A stretch of DNA of 64,000 nucleotides from a plasmid. Made by a program: the position numbers and the translations under genes. The stretch is from sequence record NZ_CP104305.1. The stretch is one strand, 5' to 3'. The number at the start of each line of letters is the position of its first letter. The stretch's first letter is position 1. Below, piece after piece: positions 1 to 8,905 of the stretch. Under the pieces are notes generated by a model. It ran no database searches. It was not told where the DNA came from and was given only the letters and a program-made list of their open reading frames with translations.

Positions 1-44
1 TACCTACCATTGTGATGAGTTTGACGAAGTAGCCTACGTTCGAG

Positions 45-305
45 ATGAGACGCAGGCAAAACGATTTAAGACCGAGACAGAAGCAAAAGCATTCGCACAA
101 TGGCTCAACCCAGCGTGTGAAGTCGTCAAATTGCAGGCAGGTGACGACCATGATTGACATTGACCAAAAACAAGCACAAGCGGCATTGAGCGAAATCATT
201 GAGGCACTAGACGGGGATACCTTTAATCACCTGCGTTACGCCTTAGAAGCCGTTGACGCCTATATTCGACAAGGAAAAGAAACCAAAGGAGGTCACCAAT
301 CGTGA
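45..305 (+). CDS. hypothetical small protein
   Basis: 86-aa ORF in the six-frame track; no recognisable motif. Confidence 0.3.
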   Translation: MRRRQNDLRPRQKQKHSHNGSTQRVKSSNCRQVTTMIDIDQKQAQAALSEIIEALDGDTFNHLRYALEAVDAYIRQGKETKGGHQS

Positions 306-442
306 AAACGACCTACGATGAAATTGTGAAACAGCCATGTGATAAACTCGCTCAGACCATGCAAGATATGACCTACTGCTACAACGAGACCGTGGTTCCA
401 AAGAAACACTACAAGAAATTGCTGACAAAATAGCTTGAGGAA

Positions 443-691
443 GTGGTGGCCGACAGCGTGACCGTGAATATGGTCAATGCCTACTACAAAACGCTTGCGG
501 AATTTAACAAAGGCAATCGTGAATGGTTCGTACTTGCCGTTTTGTGTATTGAATTAAACATTAAGCCCGACAAGGCAAGCGCACAAGAACTATCAACCTT
601 GCAGACGATTGCGGCTAACATCAACGCTAAGCAAGCACCATTACTCAATCCCGATATTAAAAATGCGTTTGAGGGTGCTATCAAAGCCTAA
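443..691 (+). CDS. hypothetical protein
   Basis: 82-aa ORF; its stop is followed directly by a clean rho-independent terminator. Confidence 0.4.
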   Translation: MVADSVTVNMVNAYYKTLAEFNKGNREWFVLAVLCIELNIKPDKASAQELSTLQTIAANINAKQAPLLNPDIKNAFEGAIKA

Positions 692-699
692 AGCGGAAA

Positions 700-728
700 G
701 CATCATCTAGTCAGATGATGCTTTTTCT
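700..728 (+). terminator. rho-independent terminator
   Basis: 9-bp stem gcatcatct/agatgatgc with loop agtc, then tttttct. Confidence 0.6.
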
Positions 729-1096
729 GTTATAATGTAGACACAAACAGGGAGCGCCCACGCAAGAGCGCTCCCCTAGCAGAGCCGTTAAAGACGGCTG
801 GCATTCAAACTAACAACCTTAAAGACCGCTAACCCTATGCCAAGAGTTTAATGACGGTCTTTTTTGTTGTCTTGCATTGCCTTTACAAGGTTCACAATGG
901 TGTTCACAAGTGACAGTACGAAACTGCCAAATGCTAACATCAGCGTGATTACCTCAGCAACGGACAAACAGGCACCCCCTTTCACTTAGATTTTGGACGT
1001 CTTTCATAGGCGACCACCTCTTTGTGATTGGATTTGCCAACCGTCATTAACTTTTCTGCTATGAATAGCATACCACAAAAGCAGCTGTGCGCCTAG

Positions 1097-1125
1097 AGCC
1101 ATAAGGAGTATGGCTGTTTTTTTGC
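1097..1125 (+). terminator. rho-independent terminator-like hairpin
   Basis: agccata aggag tatggct followed by gttttttt. Confidence 0.45.
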
Positions 1126-1130
1126 TGGCG

Positions 1131-1321
1131 GGGCTGCGGGCTTTTTGGTTCAACGATTTTCGGCCAAGGCCGAGGAGCGTGGGGCGCCTGCCCCGCCCAC
1201 GCGCTCCAGGCAACGTCCTACGTCGTCTCACACAAATATTCACGACTTTGTTAGGTAACGGGTGAGGAAACCCACCTCACCTCGTTACGTCGTAGCGAGG
1301 ACGCCAAAAAGCCCGCAGTCC
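1131..1321. repeat. GC-rich nested inverted-repeat (cruciform-prone) region
   Basis: Long-range IR gctgcgggctttttgg (1131-1148) / ccaaaaagcccgcag (1304-1320). It encloses further hairpins (ggggcgcctgcccc; gtaacgggtgagg...cctcacctcgttac; cgtcctacgtcg...cgtcgtagcgaggacg). Lies directly downstream of the primase gene. Confidence 0.5.
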
Positions 1322-1334
1322 CGGTAATAGAATA

Positions 1335-2705
1335 CTAACGCTCCAGCGCTTGGTCATGTTGCCGTGGTTCAATATCGCGTTCTGTGGTGGCTACTTTCTG
1401 TTCTAACGTCAGAACCTTTCTTTTGACACGGTCATGAATTTGTAGTCGGTCATTCCAGTCCTTCGGAACATCATTGACGACTTGAAAGTCACCCCTTTGG
1501 TATCGCTGTGCCACTTCTCCAATTCGAGTGACTAGGTTGTTGCGATCCACGGTCGCTAAATCAGGCGCCTGCTGCTTAAAAAACGCTTGCCAATCAACGC
1601 CATTTGCTTGTAGATAGGGCTTTATCTGGTTGGCAACGTTAGGTAAGGCTTCCAGCGACCCCTTGATAAGGGCGTCTTGATAATGATACCCATTTGCCAT
1701 GCCTTGACCAGGCTGTAAGTTGACGACAACCTTTGCATAGGCCATCAAAGCGACGGTAGGAATGGCTGCCTGCTTTGCGGCACTGACAACGGGTGCGAGG
1801 CACTCGTGCGGGATTGCTTGGTCGGCTGGAATAAGACTCGTATACGGCACACTTGCTAAAGCGTGTTCTGAACGCATCTGGTCATAGAAAACATGACCAC
1901 TGGCGTCATTATCAACACCAAAAGCAATCTCTGATGGCGCATGGCCGTTTTTTTCGCAAAAATAAATCAGCCCTTGTTTGACCGTATTCGGTTTCAAACC
2001 GTCCATTGACATCAGCGTGACGTCATTCAAGCCACGGTGTAGTGACCAGTAACTCAAAGCGTCAATCGGCGCTTCAAACATGAGAAGCCGTTCAGGCTTG
2101 CCTAATGACAAGTTAAAGCCAAAGTTTTCCTGTGAGTTTTTGGCAATCTGCTTAAACGTTCCGCGTTTCCCCAAGTGCTCGTGGTCAATTTTTGTGCCTT
2201 GTACAGTTGCCCCAACGATTTTATCTTTATTTGACCAGACAAAGATGGCATTACCATGCTCGTCTTGTTGAATAAACCCTTTGCGATGCAATAAGTCCAC
2301 AATTTGTGGATCAAGTTTCCGAACTGTCGTTAGATACTTAGCGGCTTGAGAAAAGTCAGGACTGTTCTTAAAACCGTATTGAAACGGTTCACGTACCTTG
2401 TGTGTGATCGTGTCAGCTTTTTCTAAGTCGGTATGATTGAGATAAGCGACTGCTTCTCGGAAACTACTGATGCCTAAATAGTGCTGCACAAAATTCAAAG
2501 CGCCGCCGCCAACATCGCGGCTATTCCAACGAAAGAGATTCTTTTTGTCATTAATGACAAGCGAGTCATGCTCGACACCACGCCAATAGCCATTAGACTG
2601 ATGCACCAACGCAATACCATTCGCTTCTGCAATCGCCACAATCGAGACGTGGTTCGCTTGGTCAATCGTTGCCTTGCTAAGTCGTTTTTGCTTGTTTGAG
2701 ACCAT
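1335..2705 (-). CDS. conjugative DNA primase (DUF3991-like N-terminus + Toprim domain)
   Basis: Toprim signature seen: conserved E in LMFEAPIDALS and a DxD in IAFGVDNDASG. Located immediately downstream of the relaxase, as in Gram-positive conjugative elements. Confidence 0.55.
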   Translation of the reverse strand: MVSNKQKRLSKATIDQANHVSIVAIAEANGIALVHQSNGYWRGVEHDSLVINDKKNLFRWNSRDVGGGALNFVQHYLGISSFREAVAYLNHTDLEKADTITHKVREPFQYGFKNSPDFSQAAKYLTTVRKLDPQIVDLLHRKGFIQQDEHGNAIFVWSNKDKIVGATVQGTKIDHEHLGKRGTFKQIAKNSQENFGFNLSLGKPERLLMFEAPIDALSYWSLHRGLNDVTLMSMDGLKPNTVKQGLIYFCEKNGHAPSEIAFGVDNDASGHVFYDQMRSEHALASVPYTSLIPADQAIPHECLAPVVSAAKQAAIPTVALMAYAKVVVNLQPGQGMANGYHYQDALIKGSLEALPNVANQIKPYLQANGVDWQAFFKQQAPDLATVDRNNLVTRIGEVAQRYQRGDFQVVNDVPKDWNDRLQIHDRVKRKVLTLEQKVATTERDIEPRQHDQALER

Positions 2706-2749
2706 CTTGGTTGACTCCTTTCTGCATCAAAAAAGGACGCTGACGCGTC

Positions 2750-4960
2750 CTATCGTTCAATATCATGCTCATGTTGTTGCTGCTCGCGTTCTTCCTGGGT
2801 TTGGTCGGCCTGTAATTCGTCTACTAAATTCGCTATATCTTCCCATTTGTTGACCATGGTGGTTTGCTGCTTAAAGCTCTGTTCTAATGACCGGAGGGTT
2901 TGTTCTTGTTCCTTAATGACACCCCTCAGTTCTTCGTTGGTCAGCATCGGGTTAAACTCGCGATTTTCAAGATTTAACACGGCGGTTTCATACAACTGAA
3001 TTTCATCGTGATATTTTTTAGTTAAACGTTGTTCTTCTTTTTCTGGCGCCTCACTCAGTTTGTCAATAATCGGTTGATACTGATTGCGGGTAAAGACAAA
3101 CTTTGCCAAGTTGTTGTAATCGGTAATTTTAGTATGCAGTGCTTCAATCTTGCTCTGCACCTCGACTAATTGTGCTTTCACTGCCGTTAGTTGCCGACCC
3201 AACGAGGGACGGTCAGTAATATGATTTGCACGCAGCTCGCTAAGGGTGGTCGATAGACGGCTAACTCCCGCTCGCTGTGCTTGCATATATTGACGTTGCC
3301 GGTTGGCAATCAACCACCGACCAAGCATCGGCTGCTCGGTTTTTAAGACGGGCTTTAATGCCTCGCCCGTTAAGCTAATCGACTTAGGTTCCGGGTCATC
3401 AATCGTAGCGACCGGAGCCGCGTTGTAGTGCCAATGATTGCCAAGTTGAACCGTATATTGTTGATGCAGGCGGTCATAACTCACAGCGTCATTAGGTATG
3501 AAAACACGCTCATAACCGGCATCAGGTAGCGTGATGGTTAGCCCCTTATCGGAGTGACCCAGGACGGCTTGAGGCGGGACTTTCACCAATTCAGGATTCA
3601 AGCCCTGGTCAAGATCAATCGCGTGTATGAGGGCTTCTCCACGAATAGAAACAGCACGTGGCCGCTCGCCGGATTGATCCGTGAGCGTGTAGTAGTAGTT
3701 AGCTTGTAAAGCGACTTGTAAATGGTCAGGTTTCCCGCGCAATTCATAGCGATTCAAGTGGACGGTTAATTGTCCTTCACCAGGCACTTCTAACTGAACT
3801 AAAGCACCCTTTTTATCAACGCTCAGCACCTGGTCTTCGGACAAGTCCATGAGTGTTTCTGTGTTGGTCATTTTCGACTTAGTTTGTGCTTGATACTCGG
3901 CCAAAATATCAGGCGCAGGTTGCGTCTCTTTCAGCGCACTTGGGTCATGCCAATGCTCGCTCATAAAAGCTATTTGGTAGCCAGGCGGTAATAAACCGGC
4001 AGGCACTTTAGTGCCATCATGAAACGTAAATTGATAGCTGCCATTTCGTTGTCGTTTGAGGGTGACATCATGCTCTTGTCGGAGCAAAAAAGTCAGGTCA
4101 TCAAGACTGTCACACATTTCGTAAACGTCATTAATCAAGGGAATCAGTCGCTTCTGATTTTGAGCGTTTTCAGCCGTGGTTTGCTTGATACCTTCCGTAG
4201 TAAATGAACCGGTGTCCGACAAACTTTTATCACGAATATTGCGCTGCTGTTCAGGCAGTCGATAACCTCGGTTTTGACCCCGCTGACTGGTCGTGATTTC
4301 CATCTGCTCACATAGCTGTTCAAACATCGCTGGTGACGTTGCTCGTGATGCAATAAATCGAAGCCGGCGGCGCAACTCAGCACGAAATGATTGATGCCTG
4401 TCTCGCTCATGAACAAAGCCATTTTTGTCGAGTTGTTCATCGCGTTTTAAGGACACGGATAAACCATGTTCAGCCGTCAGTCGATTACTAATTTCTTTGA
4501 TACGATTTGCCGTGATGTAAGGCTGACTTCGGAACTTCTTGAGGGTCGTTAAAGAGTACGCATTAAAGACGATATGGTTGTGAATATGATGCTTGTCAAC
4601 GTGGGTTGCAATGACAAACTCAAAGTCGTTGCCAAGCAGCTCGCGCATGAGCTGTAAACCAATCTCGTGAGCTTCCTCTGGGGTGACATGATCGTCGGGT
4701 GAGAAGGACTGAATCAGATGGTAACTTTTAGCTGCTTGTTGCACTCGTTGACCCTCAACTTGACGACCACCAACACGCTCGTAGTTGCCGTTGTATTCGT
4801 GCGACATTCGAGCTGTCATTTCAAACTCCAAAGCAGCAAACGGAGCGTCACAATGAACGGCTTCTACCAACCTGCCATCACGAGTTTTGAGTGGGTCGCT
4901 AATGTACTTAATTGCGTCCCGTGTTGAACGATTAATCGCGTGTATTTTCGTGACTGCCAT
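2750..4960 (-). CDS. conjugative relaxase (MobA/MobL-type relaxase/mobilisation nuclease domain)
   Basis: N-terminus MAVTKIHAI..., HLIQSFSPDD and the 3-His motif ATHVDKHHIHNHIVFN typical of this relaxase family. 736 aa with a long coiled-coil C-terminus. Preceded by mobC. Confidence 0.75.
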   Translation of the reverse strand: MAVTKIHAINRSTRDAIKYISDPLKTRDGRLVEAVHCDAPFAALEFEMTARMSHEYNGNYERVGGRQVEGQRVQQAAKSYHLIQSFSPDDHVTPEEAHEIGLQLMRELLGNDFEFVIATHVDKHHIHNHIVFNAYSLTTLKKFRSQPYITANRIKEISNRLTAEHGLSVSLKRDEQLDKNGFVHERDRHQSFRAELRRRLRFIASRATSPAMFEQLCEQMEITTSQRGQNRGYRLPEQQRNIRDKSLSDTGSFTTEGIKQTTAENAQNQKRLIPLINDVYEMCDSLDDLTFLLRQEHDVTLKRQRNGSYQFTFHDGTKVPAGLLPPGYQIAFMSEHWHDPSALKETQPAPDILAEYQAQTKSKMTNTETLMDLSEDQVLSVDKKGALVQLEVPGEGQLTVHLNRYELRGKPDHLQVALQANYYYTLTDQSGERPRAVSIRGEALIHAIDLDQGLNPELVKVPPQAVLGHSDKGLTITLPDAGYERVFIPNDAVSYDRLHQQYTVQLGNHWHYNAAPVATIDDPEPKSISLTGEALKPVLKTEQPMLGRWLIANRQRQYMQAQRAGVSRLSTTLSELRANHITDRPSLGRQLTAVKAQLVEVQSKIEALHTKITDYNNLAKFVFTRNQYQPIIDKLSEAPEKEEQRLTKKYHDEIQLYETAVLNLENREFNPMLTNEELRGVIKEQEQTLRSLEQSFKQQTTMVNKWEDIANLVDELQADQTQEEREQQQHEHDIER

Positions 4961-5345
4961 TTAAGACCACCCGCTCATAGTGTTCGACAACATCAAGGCG
5001 ATGCAGCAAGTTATCATTCACGAGAGAAAACAAGTCGTAGACTTCATTTTTGACCTCGGCCATATCCTCCGCTGTCACCTTCTCAGTTTCATTTGCACGA
5101 TGAGCAATTTGATTTAAGTTATTGCCGATTCTCGACAATTCATTAAGCATCTTTTTGGTGTTGACGAACTCAATGTGAACCAGCTTGCTGGTCATTAAAG
5201 AACTACGTGCAAAAGTTGTAAACGGAGGGTTACCTGACTTCGCAATTCTTAAGTTTAGAAAGTCCAATTCGTCTCGATTGAACGTCAACAGTTTGGTCAG
5301 TGGCCGCGACCGGTTACCAGCATAGTTTCCCATTTTTTGTTTCAC
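4932..5345 (-). CDS. mobC: relaxosome accessory protein MobC
   Basis: 137 aa with the NNLNQIAHRAN motif of the MobC family; overlaps the relaxase start, indicating an operon. Confidence 0.7.
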   Translation of the reverse strand: MKQKMGNYAGNRSRPLTKLLTFNRDELDFLNLRIAKSGNPPFTTFARSSLMTSKLVHIEFVNTKKMLNELSRIGNNLNQIAHRANETEKVTAEDMAEVKNEVYDLFSLVNDNLLHRLDVVEHYERVVLNGSHENTRD

Positions 5346-5454
5346 TCCTTAGGTGTTATATTAAGGGGTCTCGATTTTGAAATTGAGTCCCTTAACAAAA
5401 ACAAAATCAGTAAATTCCTGATTCTGCTTTTTGGACGATTTTCTACTGTCGCGA

Positions 5455-5585
5455 GATTTGCAAGTGTATATACACTTGCGAGAAATTGACCGAATCTCAG
5501 CTACGCTGATCGTCAATTTTGTTTGGGGGCACGCCCCCAATCCCCCTGTTATTTTGAAGGGGGCTGAGTCGCCCCTTCAAAATCA
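5455..5585. other. candidate oriT (clustered inverted repeats upstream of mobC)
   Basis: Perfect 20-bp palindrome gcaagtgtatatacacttgc (5460-5479), IR ttgggggc ac gcccccaa (5524-5541) and IR ttttgaagggg...ccccttcaaaa (5553-5583), all in the mobC upstream intergenic region. Confidence 0.4.
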
Positions 5586-5858
5586 AAACTCAAACCCTTC
5601 TAAGCCCTCATTCTTATCGAGCCATTGACGATATTCTTCGACCGTTAGGTCGCTCAACTTTCGGATCGTTTCGTCATAACATTCGAGCGTAAATTCTCGC
5701 TCAATGGGGTCTTCCATTCCTGGTTTTTCGCCGGCAATATCCTGTCGAGTTTCCTTCACCTCGGCGAGGATTGCTTGAGGGGTATCTTCGCTCACAGATT
5801 TGCGGTGAAGCAAGATAATGCCGCGGTCAAATTCGTTCATTTCATCAAGTGTTGTCAT
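5583..5858 (-). CDS. hypothetical acidic protein
   Basis: 91-aa ORF with a plausible RBS; no motif. Confidence 0.4.
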   Translation of the reverse strand: MTTLDEMNEFDRGIILLHRKSVSEDTPQAILAEVKETRQDIAGEKPGMEDPIEREFTLECYDETIRKLSDLTVEEYRQWLDKNEGLEGFEF

Positions 5859-5947
5859 AGGGTTTTAATTCCTTTCTTCGGTGAGTAAGGGCTGGAGATT
5901 TGCAAGGTCTTGATTGTCCTCTTTGCCAAGGACTTCAAGCAGTTTTT

Positions 5948-6931
5948 TTAGCGTGTCTTTTCCTGAACTTTTCGCTCCAGCCCTTGCTCTTTTTTTGCCA
6001 AGTTTTTCTCAGTTGCATGTGCTTTTGCTCGCTCTGCCACTTGCTCAAAAGTCCGTGGTCGCTCCTTCATTTTTTGAAGGTTTTGGTCGAGTGTTTGATT
6101 GAATTTTTCGGCCGTGTTTTGAATCCTTGTCAGGCTCTTTGAAAGCTGCGACAAGTCCTTGTCTTTTGACCATGAGGCAAGGTACGGAAAGGTGTAATGA
6201 CTCGTGTCAATACCCAGATGATGACAGACAATAAAAGCGGTACTTTCCGCTTCCAATTCTTTGGTTGAAGTCTCAATTTTTTGACTCGGATCAGCGTGCA
6301 ATTCACTGTGTGCTAACTCATGAACAAGCGTCTCTATTGTTTGTTGCTGGCTCATGCCGGGACGTAGTTGAATTTCTTTTTTTAGCGGACGGGTTAAGCC
6401 GTTTGTCTGTCCTGCTTGTAACTCTTTATTGAAGGTCACATGATAGTCTGTTGCTTGCACGAGCGTCGCGTAGATCGCGGTGTAATCTGGCACTTCGCCC
6501 GTCAGCTCATTTGACAACATTTTAATCGGTTCACCACTTGTTTGTGAGTAATCAAAAACAGCCGCCGGACGAAAGAACATTTTGGACTTTTTTTCGGTTT
6601 TAATCGTGCCGTCAGGCTGCCTGACTTTGCGTTCATATTCTCGCTTGCCACCAGCTAATATCCGAATGCCTTTTTCACCTTTAGTGACTGAGCGATGGAA
6701 CTTTGTTTGCCATGTGTTGAACCCTGCGACAAAGGACGCGTGAGGGTTCTGCAAGTAGATCAATAATTGGTTTCTAACACTGTACTGATGGAACCCACTA
6801 CAAAACTTCAAATACTCTAAATACTCGTCAGTCGAAAAGACTTTCTTAGCCCCTTCCGCAGCGACTTCTAAAAGTTCTTTGGTAGTCTTTGGTGGCTGTT
6901 TCTCTTTTGGCTTTTCTGCCATGACAATCAC
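5948..6931 (-). CDS. ArdC-like antirestriction / ssDNA-binding protein with C-terminal zincin-like metallopeptidase
   Basis: N-terminal ArdC-N-like region (YSVRNQLLIY, FNTWQ) plus an HExxH motif (HELAHSELH) in the C-terminal half. Confidence 0.6.
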   Translation of the reverse strand: MIVMAEKPKEKQPPKTTKELLEVAAEGAKKVFSTDEYLEYLKFCSGFHQYSVRNQLLIYLQNPHASFVAGFNTWQTKFHRSVTKGEKGIRILAGGKREYERKVRQPDGTIKTEKKSKMFFRPAAVFDYSQTSGEPIKMLSNELTGEVPDYTAIYATLVQATDYHVTFNKELQAGQTNGLTRPLKKEIQLRPGMSQQQTIETLVHELAHSELHADPSQKIETSTKELEAESTAFIVCHHLGIDTSHYTFPYLASWSKDKDLSQLSKSLTRIQNTAEKFNQTLDQNLQKMKERPRTFEQVAERAKAHATEKNLAKKEQGLERKVQEKTR

Positions 6932-6940
6932 GCTTTCTTT

Positions 6941-8110
6941 TTATGAATTAGAGCTGCGACTTTCACCAAGTGTCGAGAGGGCGTGTTCAAATGTTTTGAC
7001 CGTTTCTTTGGCTTGTTGTCGCTTCTCCGCTGACTGCTGTGGATCGTTCGCGATTTTGTTAAAAGCGTCGATCCCTGCGGCGTACTTTTTGCCGACTTCA
7101 ATCGCTTGGTTAATCGTCGAATCCTTCAAGTCATCATTGATTTTTTGAGCCTTGTCGAAGTCTTTTTGACGGACATATCCAAGGGCAATAACTTCCGACA
7201 ACGTTTTGCTTTTAAGCTGCTCATTGATCAGCACCGCCGCATCGAATTGTTTGGTATGCACATAGGCCACTGCGAGCTTAATTTGACGTTCTTGTGAGAG
7301 CGTCACTTGGCTGCTCGTCTTAATGACCTGCGGCCAATCATGTTGCAGGTACGCAAGGTCAAACGCGGTCTCAGCTTTTGGGTAGGAACGTTGAAACTTA
7401 ACAAGCTGTTTCACGTTACTTTGATCCGTGAGTTTCTTGCGTACCTCATCGCGGCGAGCTGGATATAATTTTCCAGCTTCCACATATGAACCCTGCTTCA
7501 TCAAAGCCGCATACGTTGGTGGGGCGTTATACGCATCAACCGCCAGCTTTGTGCCAAACAAAAAGCCACCTGCTAGAATCAGCAAAGCGGCAACGGTAAT
7601 GAAACGTTTGAGAACCCTGTGGCTAATCTTGGGAAGTGAAATTGAAGGTCTCTTGACCGTCATTCGCTTCGCTCCTTTAACCGTGGTTCTGTGTGGCTTC
7701 TCGCGTGTCCTTTTTGGGGTTGTATCAACCGCCAATGTGTCGTCGGTAGAAACAGGTTCAGAAGCAGTCTCAGCTTCACTATCTACTGACTCATCAGTGG
7801 TCGGTGGTGCTTCAACTTCTTGTCGTTTAGAAATCAAGTCAGAGATTAAATCTTCAATTTTGCCTTCAATCGGCAGCTTAATTTTCACTGAAAAAACAAC
7901 CCGGTCACGGTGATAAGCCGTAATTTGGCAGCTACCTTCCTGCGCCAAATCAAACAGATGGTCACTAGCTTCTTGTAATTGCGCCAGTCCTTCGTCAAAC
8001 GGCTGCGGGTCGGTAGCTAACGCCAGCCCTTCTTGATTAGTAATCTTGATGGTGTCAGTCTCTTTATTATTTTTCCGACCCACACGCGTTCCTCCTTTCC
8101 TCATAGACAC
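6941..8110 (-). CDS. conjugation-associated membrane-anchored protein (unknown function)
   Basis: 389 aa with a single central TM segment (FITVAALLILAGGFLFGTKL); sits within the T4SS operon. Confidence 0.4.
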   Translation of the reverse strand: MSMRKGGTRVGRKNNKETDTIKITNQEGLALATDPQPFDEGLAQLQEASDHLFDLAQEGSCQITAYHRDRVVFSVKIKLPIEGKIEDLISDLISKRQEVEAPPTTDESVDSEAETASEPVSTDDTLAVDTTPKRTREKPHRTTVKGAKRMTVKRPSISLPKISHRVLKRFITVAALLILAGGFLFGTKLAVDAYNAPPTYAALMKQGSYVEAGKLYPARRDEVRKKLTDQSNVKQLVKFQRSYPKAETAFDLAYLQHDWPQVIKTSSQVTLSQERQIKLAVAYVHTKQFDAAVLINEQLKSKTLSEVIALGYVRQKDFDKAQKINDDLKDSTINQAIEVGKKYAAGIDAFNKIANDPQQSAEKRQQAKETVKTFEHALSTLGESRSSNS

Positions 8111-8118
8111 GCAGACAA

Positions 8119-8349
8119 TTAATGATAATCAGGCGCGTCTTGCTGGTGTTGTTTTTGCAATAACTTCGCCATATCCTCATACGTCATGTGACTTTCCGTC
8201 AATAGTTCATTCACCTTGTCAGCCTGCAAGGCTTTAAGGTCGCGGCGGGCAGTGGCTAATTGTTGCTGCACGCGCTTTTGTTGCGCCTCCAGTTCTTTAA
8301 TACGCTTTTCTTTGGTGCTAATGCGATTCTCAAGACTTGTGCTTGCCAT
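8119..8349 (-). CDS. small coiled-coil protein
   Basis: 76-aa ORF rich in heptad-like E/K/Q; position within the transfer operon. Confidence 0.35.
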   Translation of the reverse strand: MASTSLENRISTKEKRIKELEAQQKRVQQQLATARRDLKALQADKVNELLTESHMTYEDMAKLLQKQHQQDAPDYH

Positions 8350-8366
8350 TCTGGATAGCTCCTTTC

Positions 8367-8891
8367 TTAGTCATGACTTGCCTGGGATTGATTGAGACGA
8401 TAAAGCGTACACCCAACAATCTTCTGTTGCGACATTGGCAAGCGCATCACTAAATCGTTTTTAACTGCATTACCATCGCTGGTAATCGTGTAGGCCAGCC
8501 GCACCATGGCTATTGTTTGGTGTCCCACTTGCGCATAAGTGATCTCGCGATGCTGATACGTTACCTTATAAGACAAATCCGGGCCAACACCTGCTTTCCC
8601 GATATTTGCTGGGGGTACCAGTTGATCAGCGACAGTTTTCGTAGATAATTTCTCAATAGCATCGTGCCGTTTTTGCTGGTCAGCGTGATACCCAACCACC
8701 AAGTCGGCAAATGCAATGACCCGTTTATCAGTTTTTGCGGACTGGCCAACCGTTGTGGCTCTCAAACGCGTTGTCGTCGCCTGTAAGGCGTCCTGGCTAT
8801 CAGCAAAGCGATACCACACAACAATCATTAAAACCGTCACAAGGAGCGCATAAAGAGGTAAAAGCCAACGCGTCCATCTACGTTCTTCCAT
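8367..8891 (-). CDS. T4SS-associated membrane protein (possible VirB8/TcpC analogue)
   Basis: 174 aa with an N-terminal TM helix (WLLPLYALLVTVLMIVVWY); operon position between hydrolase and downstream genes. Confidence 0.35.
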   Translation of the reverse strand: MEERRWTRWLLPLYALLVTVLMIVVWYRFADSQDALQATTTRLRATTVGQSAKTDKRVIAFADLVVGYHADQQKRHDAIEKLSTKTVADQLVPPANIGKAGVGPDLSYKVTYQHREITYAQVGHQTIAMVRLAYTITSDGNAVKNDLVMRLPMSQQKIVGCTLYRLNQSQASHD

Positions 8892-8905
8892 ACTTTCCCT
8901 TCTTT

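Noticed and set aside
1004-1243. 79-aa Arg-rich ORF on the minus strand
   Set aside because: It lies entirely within the GC-rich inverted-repeat region. Its extreme Arg/Gly composition is a GC artefact, and it has no RBS.
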